In this document: positions 48,501 through 57,342 of the stretch, piece by piece
How positions within the stretch are numbered: position 1 is the first letter of the stretch
How the letters are laid out: the number at the start of each line of letters is the position of its first letter
From: an uncultured Christensenella sp.
Lineage (GTDB): Bacteria > Bacillota > Clostridia > Christensenellales > UBA1242
Assembly: GCA_964541825.1 (NCBI GenBank)
Contig: CAZIRR010000003.1
Location: forward strand, 983 to 64,982
Direction of reading: 5' to 3'
Length of the DNA: 64,000 nt
Notes under the pieces: generated by a model
Seen by the model: the letters and a program-made list of their open reading frames with translations, nothing else
Databases searched by the model: none
Told to the model about the DNA's origin: nothing
Made by a program: the position numbers and the translations under genes

Positions 48501-48681
48501 TGTAAATATTATGTCTTCTAATGAAAAAATCCAAAGCATTATAAATGCCAATGCTGATAAGATTAAAACTGAAGTATTGGGACAATCTTTTAATTCAAAG
48601 ACTTTTGAGGCTGATATTACAAAAGATGTAGAAATTGGCGATGGTTTCAATGTTAATTATTCTTTGAGAGTTTGTAGATAA
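45529..48681 (+). CDS. ileS: isoleucine--tRNA ligase, type 2 (long, ~1050 aa)
   Basis: ATG at 45529 follows GGAGGAAG. The class I region DGPITANGMTMGLHHAFGRSLKD, KLSKS (KMSKS variant), a CP1 editing insert, and CxxC pairs are present. Length and N-terminal pattern fit IleRS2. Confidence 0.9.
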   Translation: MKKQDIKPNLVENEKEMLKFWEENNVFEKLRERNKKTGKYFATMDGPITANGMTMGLHHAFGRSLKDAMIKFRAINGYDMHYQNGFDAQGLWVEVNAEKDLGLNSKKDIEKYGIDKFTEYCMNKVQTCASKMTEQSIRLGQMMDWNNSYFTNSDTNIETIWHFLKTCKEKGWLIEKYRPMPWCTRCGTSLSEHEMSDGDAYRNDTCQAVFIKLPVLNENFKMLVWTTTPWTLSSNVAIAVNPELKYSLCRVKSDDQLICVCSTALKVLKDDLIAVEKEVLGSELVGKVYETCFEELPLQNFEHKIVAWEDVDATEGAGSVHIAPGCGAEDFDLGQRIGLPNVCPIDEGGIFYDNFGFLSGLDANKDETRDLVFAELEKRGKLYYHHSYTHRYPHCWRCKSPILFRLIKEWAISMDEIRPMLISEAKKVEWQPAFYEKRMIDWLTNMGDWSISRKRYYGLPLPIYVCDCGEITVVGSKEELRNLAVDKSTVDALPHLHRPYIDEVKIKCPHCGKEVERIKDVGDCWLDAGIAPFSTNKYFEDRQFWEKNYPAECVIEMKEQIRLWFYSMLVMGVVLTGKTPYKKVSTYGSLLAQDGKKLSKSSPNNIPLNEAFDNIGADVIRYTFCSTNPQSDVIFSYSSTDEVRRRLLGLWNIFVFFNTYAIIDNPNLDNYTPDKNSLHITDKWLIARTNEFATKCKGYYEEVKTCEVVSEFERFVDELSNWYIRVNRRRFWKNGEDGDKLNAYFCLEYAIKNITMVMAPIMPFMMEYIWQNQVREVEKSSQLSVMMSGFKIATFDIDDASVLDKTNIVRSIIASGLKLRNENNLKVKQPLKKAFVISANENTLNAIEDYKTIIEEELNIKEIELSLDVETFNSHYLTLNFRNAGRVLKGDVQKMKAELENTSDDVMEDYVAQFENGKVNVNNFGEMPSDLFIKNSKPRKEFIMAGEDGITVVLDITLDENLINEGYLREIIRNAQVLRKEAGFEIDDRIDVNIMSSNEKIQSIINANADKIKTEVLGQSFNSKTFEADITKDVEIGDGFNVNYSLRVCR

Positions 48682-48697
48682 GTATTGATATAAATAA

Positions 48698-48732
48698 AAA
48701 CACCGAAAAATGGCATATATTCGGTGTTTTTT
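48698..48732 (+). terminator. rho-independent terminator after ileS
   Basis: Stem AACACCGAA / TTCGGTGTT followed by a T-run. Confidence 0.75.
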
Positions 48733-48807
48733 GTTGACATTGAATGCTTTTTTGAGTAATAATCTTAGTAGAATGAAAAATGTAAATCTATTGAAAAAGG
48801 ATTGACT

Positions 48808-51114
48808 ATGACTTTTGAAGAAATATATCAAAGGGTACAAAACCCACTTGATAAAGAACAAAATCTAAATAAAATTATAGATTTCTACAAAGTTTCAAAA
48901 AGAACAGGATATGGCTTTGAAAGTATTGATAGGGGCATTCGTGCTAATCAAGGCTCAATGTACGATAATATTGCAAGTGCTGTTGTCCAAGATTTATCTA
49001 AGTATAATATTCAAGATAAAGAAATATTTATGGTAAATTTATATAACAAATGGATAAAAGAACTTACAAGTCTTACTCCCAAACAAAAAACTTTTGTAAA
49101 ATTGCAATATGAGAATTTAGATGGTCTTATTGATGTTTTAAATAGTGTTGGGAAAGTTGAAAGCTTGCAAGATATAGAGAATTTAAAGAAAAATCCTCTT
49201 GTAAGTAGCAAAATGAATAATGTGGAGACTTGGCAAGGTGCGTTTTTTAATCATATTATGTCTTCCAAAGTTTCAGGTTACAAAGAATCTATAAACGGAG
49301 TCAAGCATAGACTTTATATAGGTGCCAAACATAAAGATATCTATAAATTAGCCAATCAATTTATGGAGGAATGTCATCGAAAAGACCTGCCATATTACTT
49401 TAAATTTGATGCTAATTACCAAGACAGAGTAGATACTGTAGTAATATATTCAGATGACGAAAACTTTACAAATTATATCAATATCTTAAATGATATAAAA
49501 GAGAAATATCCCGACATTGTAAATGATTGTGGAGAGCCATCATTGGTGGCAGGAAATTATGACGGTTGGATAGGTATTGCGGACGAGCCACTAAGATACA
49601 AATTAGACGAACACAAATATGACAATCCATCTTTTACTCAAACAAGAAGTGTAATGTTAGAAGAAAGTTTAGATAATGTTGTTGTTAGTTTTTATCAAAA
49701 GTATTTGAATTGCCAAGAAAAAATTAATTATAATGGCAAAGAACGTTCTATTTCTGAATGTTTTAGATACAAATTGTTAGAATCATTAAAAGAAGAAGCT
49801 CAGAGGTCGGTAGACTCACACCCATTATTTGATTTTAAATCTTTGTCCGAAAGTGAGAAAAATACTCTAAGAGATAAATTTATAGAATTAATCAATAAAT
49901 TTACTAACGATGATTTGTATGCTGTGGTTTTAGCTTTTAGAAATAGTATTAATGGTAGATGGACACAAAATGCAGATAATCAAATCCATAAAAAATTTAT
50001 GGACAAATCGGTCGAGATTAATTTGATTTCTGGCAAAAAAATAGAGTGGGGAATTACTCCTAGAATAGTTGATTATGCTATGAAAAAAATGGTAGATATT
50101 TTCCAAACTAATAATTCAGATTTTTCACAAGAAGTAAGAACGAAAATAGATGAGGTTTGTGAATTGCACGAAGTAGACCCTGTTAAATTTGTTTTTAATT
50201 CTGATACTCGAACAAGAATGAACAATTTATTTGCAAACAATTCAAAACAAAAAAATACCACTCTGTTTGATTATATAAAAAATATTGAAGGTGATAATCA
50301 AGAGGAATCTTTGAGCGATGAGGAAGAAAATACAGACGAAGTATTGTCGCTTTTCCATCATTCCAAAAGTTTAGAAGATAAAATCGATTATCTAAAAGGC
50401 TTGTCTTTTGGGAAAAAGACAACTAAAGATTTTGTAAAAGAATTGAATGATGGTCTAGGCAGAACACGAGAAGATTTGGGCTGTGCATACGCTATTGTTG
50501 ATGGCAAAAAATACAATGTGGGAGACCTAAAATATAAAGCTATAGAAAAAACATTGTTTGAGATAGTAAATTTGCCCGATTATGATAGGACTAAGAGTTT
50601 GCTTGTAGATTATGTGACAGTTTTAAATAAAGTAGGATATGTGCCTAGCTATGGGACATTGGGCAGGGCTTTGCAAGAAATGGACAAATTGCAAATCTCC
50701 GATTTGGACAATAAAGGTGAGAGAAAAGACTTGCTAAGAAATGCTCTAGAAAAGGGTAATAGTATGCTTCAAGATAGCCAAAATATATGCAAATATATAA
50801 AGTCTAGTAATAATAATTTTTTACCAATAACTAATGAAGAACAAGCCAATGTTTTATTAAAAATGCAAGATAATTACAATCAATTTGGATTACAACCAAA
50901 TAGCGACATAGATATAGAAAATGAAAAAGAAAGTTTTAAGCAATTAGCAAAAGATAAATACAATGAAGCTTTCGCAATAGCCAAATTTAATGCTCAAAAA
51001 GAAGGCAGGTGTCAAGCTACTTATTCAGAAATGGTAAAGGTTTTTAGAGATTTGGAAGAACAAAATGTAGCAAGAAAACAAACTGAAAACAAAGGACATA
51101 GCGACGGAATGTAA
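48808..51114 (+). CDS. 768-aa cytoplasmic orphan protein with a possible HopA1-like central domain
   Basis: Long ORF with its own promoter-like site (TTGACA at about 48735) and terminators on both sides. No TM or signal peptide. The segment HRLYIGAKHKD...YYFKF...RVDTVVIYS...GWIGIADEP resembles a pattern I associate with HopA1-family domains; this is recall only. Confidence 0.7.
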   Translation: MTFEEIYQRVQNPLDKEQNLNKIIDFYKVSKRTGYGFESIDRGIRANQGSMYDNIASAVVQDLSKYNIQDKEIFMVNLYNKWIKELTSLTPKQKTFVKLQYENLDGLIDVLNSVGKVESLQDIENLKKNPLVSSKMNNVETWQGAFFNHIMSSKVSGYKESINGVKHRLYIGAKHKDIYKLANQFMEECHRKDLPYYFKFDANYQDRVDTVVIYSDDENFTNYINILNDIKEKYPDIVNDCGEPSLVAGNYDGWIGIADEPLRYKLDEHKYDNPSFTQTRSVMLEESLDNVVVSFYQKYLNCQEKINYNGKERSISECFRYKLLESLKEEAQRSVDSHPLFDFKSLSESEKNTLRDKFIELINKFTNDDLYAVVLAFRNSINGRWTQNADNQIHKKFMDKSVEINLISGKKIEWGITPRIVDYAMKKMVDIFQTNNSDFSQEVRTKIDEVCELHEVDPVKFVFNSDTRTRMNNLFANNSKQKNTTLFDYIKNIEGDNQEESLSDEEENTDEVLSLFHHSKSLEDKIDYLKGLSFGKKTTKDFVKELNDGLGRTREDLGCAYAIVDGKKYNVGDLKYKAIEKTLFEIVNLPDYDRTKSLLVDYVTVLNKVGYVPSYGTLGRALQEMDKLQISDLDNKGERKDLLRNALEKGNSMLQDSQNICKYIKSSNNNFLPITNEEQANVLLKMQDNYNQFGLQPNSDIDIENEKESFKQLAKDKYNEAFAIAKFNAQKEGRCQATYSEMVKVFRDLEEQNVARKQTENKGHSDGM

Positions 51115-51152
51115 AAAAAAAATACTAGGAATTCTCATTCCTAGTATTTTTT
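51113..51152. terminator. bidirectional terminator between the 768-aa gene and zur
   Basis: A-run, stem ATACTAGGAAT / ATTCCTAGTAT, then a T-run. Confidence 0.8.
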
Positions 51153-51187
51153 GTGTAATATTGGTGCATATTAATTGATATAAAAAA

Positions 51188-51616
51188 TTAATGGCTCTCG
51201 TGGGTGTGATTATTGTGGCAATTTTGACATAATCCATACATAACTACATTGTTTTCGTCTACATCAAAGCCATAATCTTTGGAAATTTTATTATTAATAT
51301 TGTGATATGGACAATAATCTAGTTTGATTTTTTTATGACATTTCTTGCATTCTAAGTAATGACAATGGTCGTCTTTGCTCAGAGTATACAGAGCGGTGCC
51401 TTTTTGGTCATTTGCTTTGATGACAATATGTTCTTGCGAAAATGTTTCGAGCGTGCGATATATAGAAGAAAGAGTAATGCCTTCATTTTGCAATTTTTCA
51501 AATATTTGGGCAGGGGTAAGAGGAGTCTTGGAGATATCCAAAATTTCTTTTACTCTCTTCCTTGTTTTTGTATTTTTAAGCATAAAGTTCTCCAAATTAT
51601 CTATATGTTTTCTCAT
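51188..51616 (-). CDS. zur: Fur-family metalloregulator, probably Zur
   Basis: Winged helix (TPAQIFEKLQNEGITLSSIYRTLETF). The metal-site motifs are HCHYLECKKCHK and a C-terminal CQNCH. It is divergent from a zinc ABC operon whose promoter carries a palindromic box. Confidence 0.75.
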   Translation of the reverse strand: MRKHIDNLENFMLKNTKTRKRVKEILDISKTPLTPAQIFEKLQNEGITLSSIYRTLETFSQEHIVIKANDQKGTALYTLSKDDHCHYLECKKCHKKIKLDYCPYHNINNKISKDYGFDVDENNVVMYGLCQNCHNNHTHESH

Positions 51617-51786
51617 TAATATCTTAGTTTTTGATGTCTACATCATTTGATGATATCTGTATTGAGATGTTCTATCTTTTATGGCGTGCTAGCTGTCTTC
51701 TCTAGCAATTTGACAAACAAAAGTACATTTTTTTATTTGTATTATAAATAGTGTACATTATTTTGCAAATAATTGTCAAATAAGAC

Positions 51787-51815
51787 TTGACAACTTGCAC
51801 AAATTAAATTATATT
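51787..51815 (+). promoter_or_regulatory. promoter candidate of the znu operon
   Basis: TTGACA (51787-51792), 17-nt spacer, TATATT (51810-51815). Confidence 0.6.
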
Positions 51816-51822
51816 ATTTTAG

Positions 51823-51845
51823 TAAATGCGAACAATTCGCATTTA
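51823..51845. promoter_or_regulatory. Zur-box-like perfect palindrome
   Basis: TAAATGCGAAcaaTTCGCATTTA is a 10-3-10 inverted repeat just downstream of the -10. An extra half-site TAAATGCGAAC lies at 51854-51864. Its architecture resembles the Firmicute Zur box TAAATCGTAATnATTACGATTTA. Confidence 0.7.
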
Positions 51846-51971
51846 GAAAATTGTAAATGCGAACACTTTTGAGGTATTTTCAAAAATGATGAGTTTAAAC
51901 AAAAGTGTTTTGAAAGAACTAGAATTATTTGCAAAAATAATTAATAAAACTAAAAGGACTGGCGATTTTTT

Positions 51972-52964
51972 TTGAGAAAAGTAAAAGTAATAATAGCTAG
52001 TATTTTGATAATTCTTATGCTTGTAGGTGGAGGGTATTCTATCTACTATTTTTCCAAGCCTAGCGAGAATAAAAAAGTTATTGCGACTATTTTCCCAATT
52101 TATGATATAACTAGAGAGATAATGGGTAATAGCGATGATGTAATGTTGCTAGAAGATACAGGTGTGGATATCCATAGCTATTCTCCTAGTGCTAGTGATA
52201 TTATGTCTATACATAAAAGTGAATTGTTTATATATATTGGGGGAGAGAGTGATAGTTGGGTTGGCAGTGTGCTTAAATCAAGTGACAATCCAAATCTAAA
52301 GACTTTGTGCCTTTTAGAAGAAATTTCTGGAATAGAAGAAAGTGATGATAATATTATCCAGGGTGAAGAACACGACCACGATGAAGAAGATGAACACGAT
52401 GAAGACCATCACGCAGGAGATGAAATTCATTATGATGAACATATTTGGTTAAGCCTAAAAAATGCAAAAATAATGACCGAAAAAATCCGTGAAAGCTTAA
52501 CTTTGGTTTTCCCCGAAAGGAGTGAATTATTCAAAGTCAATGCCAAGAAATATCTAGAGAAATTATCCGTGCTTGATAGTCAATATGAGAGCGTTTGTAG
52601 TGGGAATTCTGGCACATTAATCTTTGCAGACAGATTTCCTTTTATATATCTTACTCAAGATTATGATATTGATTATTATGCTTGTTTCTCCGGTTGTTCT
52701 ACCGAAACACAAGCATCTGCGGATACTATCTCTGCACTAATAGATAAGATTAATTTGGTCGAAGCAGACAAAATTTTGGTGCTTGAAACATCAGATAGAA
52801 GTGTGGCAAATAGTGTAATAAATGATAGCCGTTGCAGAGCGGGTGTAGAGACTTTGACAATTAATTCTTGTCAGTCTGTAAGTATCAAGGATTTAGGGAA
52901 TACGAGTTATTTAGGAATAATGGAGAGCAATCTAGAAGTAATAAAGAAGGTGCTAAAAAAATGA
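51972..52964 (+). CDS. znuA: zinc ABC transporter substrate-binding protein (cluster A-I, His-rich loop)
   Basis: TTG start and an N-terminal membrane anchor. His/Asp/Glu-rich loop GEEHDHDEEDEHDEDHHAGDEIHYDEHIW. ZnuA/AdcA-type fold motifs (FADRFPFIYL). Confidence 0.8.
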   Translation: MRKVKVIIASILIILMLVGGGYSIYYFSKPSENKKVIATIFPIYDITREIMGNSDDVMLLEDTGVDIHSYSPSASDIMSIHKSELFIYIGGESDSWVGSVLKSSDNPNLKTLCLLEEISGIEESDDNIIQGEEHDHDEEDEHDEDHHAGDEIHYDEHIWLSLKNAKIMTEKIRESLTLVFPERSELFKVNAKKYLEKLSVLDSQYESVCSGNSGTLIFADRFPFIYLTQDYDIDYYACFSGCSTETQASADTISALIDKINLVEADKILVLETSDRSVANSVINDSRCRAGVETLTINSCQSVSIKDLGNTSYLGIMESNLEVIKKVLKK

Positions 52965-53665
52965 GTATTTTAGAATGTAAAAAACTGGTAGTAGGTTATG
53001 GCGACAAAGTAGTTTGCAAAGATATTAATTTTGCCGTAGAAAAAGGTCAATATTTGTGCATAATAGGTGAGAATGGCTCGGGTAAAAGTACTCTTATCAA
53101 GACTATCCTTGGTATCCAAAAAGGTTTGTCTGGTAGAGTTGTTTTTGACAAAAATTTCAAAAGAAATAGAATAGGTTATCTCCCTCAACAAAATGACTTG
53201 CAAAAAGACTTTCCTGCAACCGTAAATGAGATAGTTATGTCGGGATTTGTAAGTTCTATGGGACTTAGACCGTTTTACAAAAAGAGCGAAAAAGAAAAAG
53301 CACGTGAAGTTATGGACTATCTAGGCATTGAAGATTTGAGCGGTAGGAGTTTTAGGGAATTATCGGGCGGACAACAACAACGTGTATTGCTAGCAAGGGC
53401 TTTGTGTACAACTGACGAAATATTATTCTTAGATGAGCCAACTAATGCTTTGGATAGTAGGTCTATTGCCAAATTTTATAGACTTCTAAAAGAACTAAAT
53501 GATAAAGGTATGACTATTATTATGGTCTCTCACAATATAGACAAAGTTATGGAATATGCTAGCAATATAGTTTATCTAAAAAATTCTATGCTTTTTGCCG
53601 GCACTAAGTCTGACTTTGAGAAGACAGATATAGCAAAATCCCTAAAGGTTGGTGAAGACAAATGA
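52961..53665 (+). CDS. znuC: zinc ABC transporter ATP-binding protein
   Basis: ATG at 52961 overlaps the znuA stop (ATGA). Walker A GENGSGKST, signature LSGGQQQR, Walker B ILFLDEP. Confidence 0.9.
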   Translation: MSILECKKLVVGYGDKVVCKDINFAVEKGQYLCIIGENGSGKSTLIKTILGIQKGLSGRVVFDKNFKRNRIGYLPQQNDLQKDFPATVNEIVMSGFVSSMGLRPFYKKSEKEKAREVMDYLGIEDLSGRSFRELSGGQQQRVLLARALCTTDEILFLDEPTNALDSRSIAKFYRLLKELNDKGMTIIMVSHNIDKVMEYASNIVYLKNSMLFAGTKSDFEKTDIAKSLKVGEDK

Positions 53666-54513
53666 ATGTATTGCAAGAATTGAAATATTATTTAGAATTT
53701 GACTTTGTTAAGTATGCGCTTATAGTTGGGATTTTAATATCTCTGTGTTGTGCTATTTTGGGTGTAACACTTGTGCTAAAAAGATATGCAATGATTGGTG
53801 ATGGTTTATCACACGTCGCTTTTGGGGCGATGACAATAGCTATGGTTTTGACTATAGCAGATATGTATCTAATGCTTCCTATTACTATTGTGGTGGCAAT
53901 TCTCTTGATTAGACTTACAAACAAAGGCAAAGTAAAAAACGATAGTGCTATAGCAATGCTATCGGTAGGAGCTTTGGCATTTGGATATTTGATTGTTAAT
54001 TTATTCTCTACATCGGCAAATATTAGTGGAGATGTGTGTAGTACACTTTTTGGCTCAACATCAATTCTTACACTTAGCAATCTTGATGTTTGGATTTGTG
54101 TTGCACTTACAATTATTGTGCTATTTTATTTTGTATTTTTCCACAATAAAATATTTGCTATCACTTTTGACGAAAATTTTGCCAAATCGACTGGTGTAAA
54201 GACGGCTGTATACAATAATATTCTTGCCATAATTATAGGTGTGGTTATTGTCCTTGCTATGAAATTGGTAGGCTCACTACTTATATCTGCATTAATAGTT
54301 TTTCCAGCACTTAGTGCAATTAGGTTGTTTAAATCTTACAAAATGGTTATAATATTTGCAAGTATTGTAAGTGTAGTCAATTCGGTACTAGGTATCCTTA
54401 TCTCTATGCTTTGGGGTACTCCGGTAGGTGCCACAATTGTAGTATTCAATATTTTTGTATATTTTATTTGCTGGCTTGTAGATGTAATAATACATAATGT
54501 AAAGAGGGTGTAG
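53662..54513 (+). CDS. znuB: zinc ABC transporter permease
   Basis: Polytopic ABC-3 family pattern (MIGDGLSHVAFGAM). Its start overlaps the znuC stop (ATGA). Confidence 0.85.
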   Translation: MNVLQELKYYLEFDFVKYALIVGILISLCCAILGVTLVLKRYAMIGDGLSHVAFGAMTIAMVLTIADMYLMLPITIVVAILLIRLTNKGKVKNDSAIAMLSVGALAFGYLIVNLFSTSANISGDVCSTLFGSTSILTLSNLDVWICVALTIIVLFYFVFFHNKIFAITFDENFAKSTGVKTAVYNNILAIIIGVVIVLAMKLVGSLLISALIVFPALSAIRLFKSYKMVIIFASIVSVVNSVLGILISMLWGTPVGATIVVFNIFVYFICWLVDVIIHNVKRV

Positions 54514-54517
54514 GCGT

Positions 54518-54895
54518 ATGAAAAAAATATTTAGAAATTGTTTTTGCATTTTGGCAATTTTTATGATGTGTATTTCTCTTACTGCTTGTGGTGGGGTCAA
54601 CGTCAAGTATGATTTGACTACAAGTGATACAATGGCAACCACTATAATTAGCCAAATTGAAAATGACCCATACAAATACAAAGGAAAGACTATCAAGGTT
54701 AGAGGCAAATTACAAGGGGATAGCAGTTATTATACTTTAAACGAAAATGCTACTTGTTGTAATTGGTCGTTTGAAGTAAAAATGGACAAAGTTACAGCCA
54801 AGCCTGGCAAAAATATTACTATCATTGGCAAATGCGTAGTCGAGAAGATAAACGGCTATACATCTTGGTATGTAGATGTACTTGAATTAGTTTAG
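54518..54895 (+). CDS. small lipoprotein co-transcribed with znuACB
   Basis: Lipobox ISLTACGG. It starts 4 nt after the znuB stop. The mature part is ~100 aa and beta-rich, with a CC pair (NENATCCNWSFEV). Family not recognised. Confidence 0.65.
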   Translation: MKKIFRNCFCILAIFMMCISLTACGGVNVKYDLTTSDTMATTIISQIENDPYKYKGKTIKVRGKLQGDSSYYTLNENATCCNWSFEVKMDKVTAKPGKNITIIGKCVVEKINGYTSWYVDVLELV

Positions 54896-54905
54896 GAGAA
54901 AATTT

Positions 54906-55598
54906 ATGGAAGAATTAAATGTTGTGTACGAAGATAATCATATAATAGTGGTAATCAAGCCCCAGAATATCCCTACACAAGAAGACGAAAGCAAAGACAA
55001 AGATTTGCTTACTATAGTCAAGGAATATATCAAAGTAAAAGAAAATAAGCCGGGCAATGTGTACGTTGGCCTTGTGCATAGACTAGATAGACCAACAGGT
55101 GGAGTAATGGTTTTTGCCAAAACTAGCAAAGCTGCAAGTAGACTTACTCAAGAAATGCATACAGATGAATTTAAGAAAAGATATTTGGCAGTAATAAATG
55201 GTAAACCAAGAGAAAAACGTGCTAAACTTGTCAATTATTTGCTTAAAAATCCTAGGACAAATACTGTACAAGTAGTCCCAGAACTTACAACTAATGCAAA
55301 AAGAGCCGAACTTAAATATGAAGTTTTGGACGAAAAAGAAAAGGTCTCTCTAGTTTCTGTACAATTGCTTACAGGAAGAAGCCATCAAATAAGAGTCCAA
55401 ATGAAGAATATTGGAAATCCAATATATGGTGATGTAAAGTATGGCGGAGATATCTTGGCGAAAGGTCACAATTTGGCTCTCTGGGCATACGAACTTAAAT
55501 TTGTACACCCCACAACCAAAGAAAATATGACATTTAAATGTTATCCTCCCGAAGACATCGTTCCTTGGAGTGTGTTTAATCTTAATATTGTTAAATAG
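54906..55598 (+). CDS. RluA-family pseudouridine synthase (no S4 domain)
   Basis: Catalytic motif VHRLDRPTGGVMVFAKT and GRSHQIRVQM. Confidence 0.85.
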   Translation: MEELNVVYEDNHIIVVIKPQNIPTQEDESKDKDLLTIVKEYIKVKENKPGNVYVGLVHRLDRPTGGVMVFAKTSKAASRLTQEMHTDEFKKRYLAVINGKPREKRAKLVNYLLKNPRTNTVQVVPELTTNAKRAELKYEVLDEKEKVSLVSVQLLTGRSHQIRVQMKNIGNPIYGDVKYGGDILAKGHNLALWAYELKFVHPTTKENMTFKCYPPEDIVPWSVFNLNIVK

Positions 55599-55613
55599 AT
55601 TTAATGCAAAATC

Positions 55614-55646
55614 AAAAAAGTGAGCAAATTTGCTCACTTTTTTTAG
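55614..55646. terminator. bidirectional terminator between the rluA-like gene and groEL
   Basis: AAAAAGTGAGCAAATTTGCTCACTTTTT is a palindromic hairpin. Confidence 0.8.
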
Positions 55647-55694
55647 GTGTAGTACACCTAAGAGGGGAAATATATAAATGAACGGGAAAATTTA

Positions 55695-57329
55695 TTAATT
55701 ATACATACCATATGCGTTTGGTACAGCATTAGGATTGGTGGTATCTATTTTTTCTTGTACATCACATACAAGAACTTCGGTTGTAAGCAAAGTAGAAGCT
55801 ACACTGCCTGCATTTTCAAGTGCCGAACGAGTAACCTTGGTAGGGTCAATTATGCCTTTTTCTATCATATCTACATATTCATTTGTTAGGGCATTGTATC
55901 CATAATTTTTTTTCTTGCTAGCAAGAATATTATTTATAACCACTCCGCCATCTACCCCAGCATTGTATGTTATCATTTTAAGTGGGGCATATAGCGATTT
56001 CAAAACTATTTCTGCACCCGTTTTTTCGTCACCACTCAAAGTATCTACCAGTTTTTGTACACTTTCTACGCAATTAATTAGGGCAATTCCTCCACCACAG
56101 ACAATGCCTTCTTGTGTGGCACTTTTTGTGGCTTCTATAGCATCTTCTATACGCAATTTCTTTTCTTGCATTTCTATCTCAGTCGCACTTCCCACATAAA
56201 TAACGGCTATTCCTCCAACTAATTTTGCAAGCCTTTCTTGCAGACGATTTTTGTCAAATTCATTGTCTGCCAAATTAATTTGCCCTTTAATTTCATTTAC
56301 TCTATTTTCTATTAATTCTTTTTTGCCATTTCCATTTGAAATAGTTGTGCTATCTTTTGTAACTTTTACATTTGTAGCGTATCCCAATTTGGATAAGTCT
56401 GCTTCTTTGATATCGAAGCCTAATTCGTCACAAATAAATGTGCCACCCGTAAGTACTGCAATGTCTTCGCACAAAGCTTTGCGTTTATCTGCATAACCAG
56501 GTGATTTTACAGCAACTACATTCAAAGCTCCTCTAAGTTTATTGAGAACTAGTGTGCTTAGAACTTCATTTTCTACATCTTCAGCTATAATTAGTAGACT
56601 TTTCCCGCTTTGTGAGACTCCTTCAAGTACGCCTATGATTTCATTTAAATTTTTGATTTTTTTGTCTGTAATGAGTATATAACAATCGTTGAGTACACAT
56701 TCCATTTTGTCTGTGTTTGTGACCATATATGGAGATAGATAACCTCTGTCGAATTGCATTCCTTCGACGATTTTTAGTTCAGTTTTCAGAGTTTTGCTTT
56801 CTTCTACAGTTATAACTCCATCTCTGCCAACTTTTTCAAAGCCCTCGGCTATCAATTTGCCTATTTCTTCGTCTCCCGCACTAATAGAGGCTACTTGGTA
56901 TATTTCTTTTGTGCTAGATACCGGTATAGATATATCTTTTAGATGATGAGTTGCAATTTCTATTCCTTTTTGAATTCCTTTTCTTAAGATTACAGGATTT
57001 GCTCCTGCGGTGTAATTTTTTATACCTTCACTCACAATACTTTCGGCAAGGATACAAGCAGTAGTTGTTCCATCTCCAGCCACTTCATTTGTTTTGATAC
57101 TGACTTCTTTTATTAAATTTGCTCCCATATTTTCAAAAGGGTCGGGTAGGGTGATTTCTTTGGCTATAGTTACTCCATCGTTTGTGATTAGAGGTGTGGC
57201 AAATTTTCTGTCTAGTACCACATTTCTACCTTTTGGACCAAGTGTAATTTTAACTGCACTAGTTAATTTTTTTACTCCACTCTCTAATTTTTTTATTGCT
57301 TCAAATCCGCTTATTATTTGTTTTGACAT
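55695..57329 (-). CDS. groEL: chaperonin GroEL
   Basis: TLGPKGRNVVL, AGDGTTTA and VAVKSPGYADKRKA are canonical GroEL. No GGM tail; it ends ...AYGMYN. Confidence 0.97.
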   Translation of the reverse strand: MSKQIISGFEAIKKLESGVKKLTSAVKITLGPKGRNVVLDRKFATPLITNDGVTIAKEITLPDPFENMGANLIKEVSIKTNEVAGDGTTTACILAESIVSEGIKNYTAGANPVILRKGIQKGIEIATHHLKDISIPVSSTKEIYQVASISAGDEEIGKLIAEGFEKVGRDGVITVEESKTLKTELKIVEGMQFDRGYLSPYMVTNTDKMECVLNDCYILITDKKIKNLNEIIGVLEGVSQSGKSLLIIAEDVENEVLSTLVLNKLRGALNVVAVKSPGYADKRKALCEDIAVLTGGTFICDELGFDIKEADLSKLGYATNVKVTKDSTTISNGNGKKELIENRVNEIKGQINLADNEFDKNRLQERLAKLVGGIAVIYVGSATEIEMQEKKLRIEDAIEATKSATQEGIVCGGGIALINCVESVQKLVDTLSGDEKTGAEIVLKSLYAPLKMITYNAGVDGGVVINNILASKKKNYGYNALTNEYVDMIEKGIIDPTKVTRSALENAGSVASTLLTTEVLVCDVQEKIDTTNPNAVPNAYGMYN

Positions 57330-57342
57330 TTATTTTTTCTCC

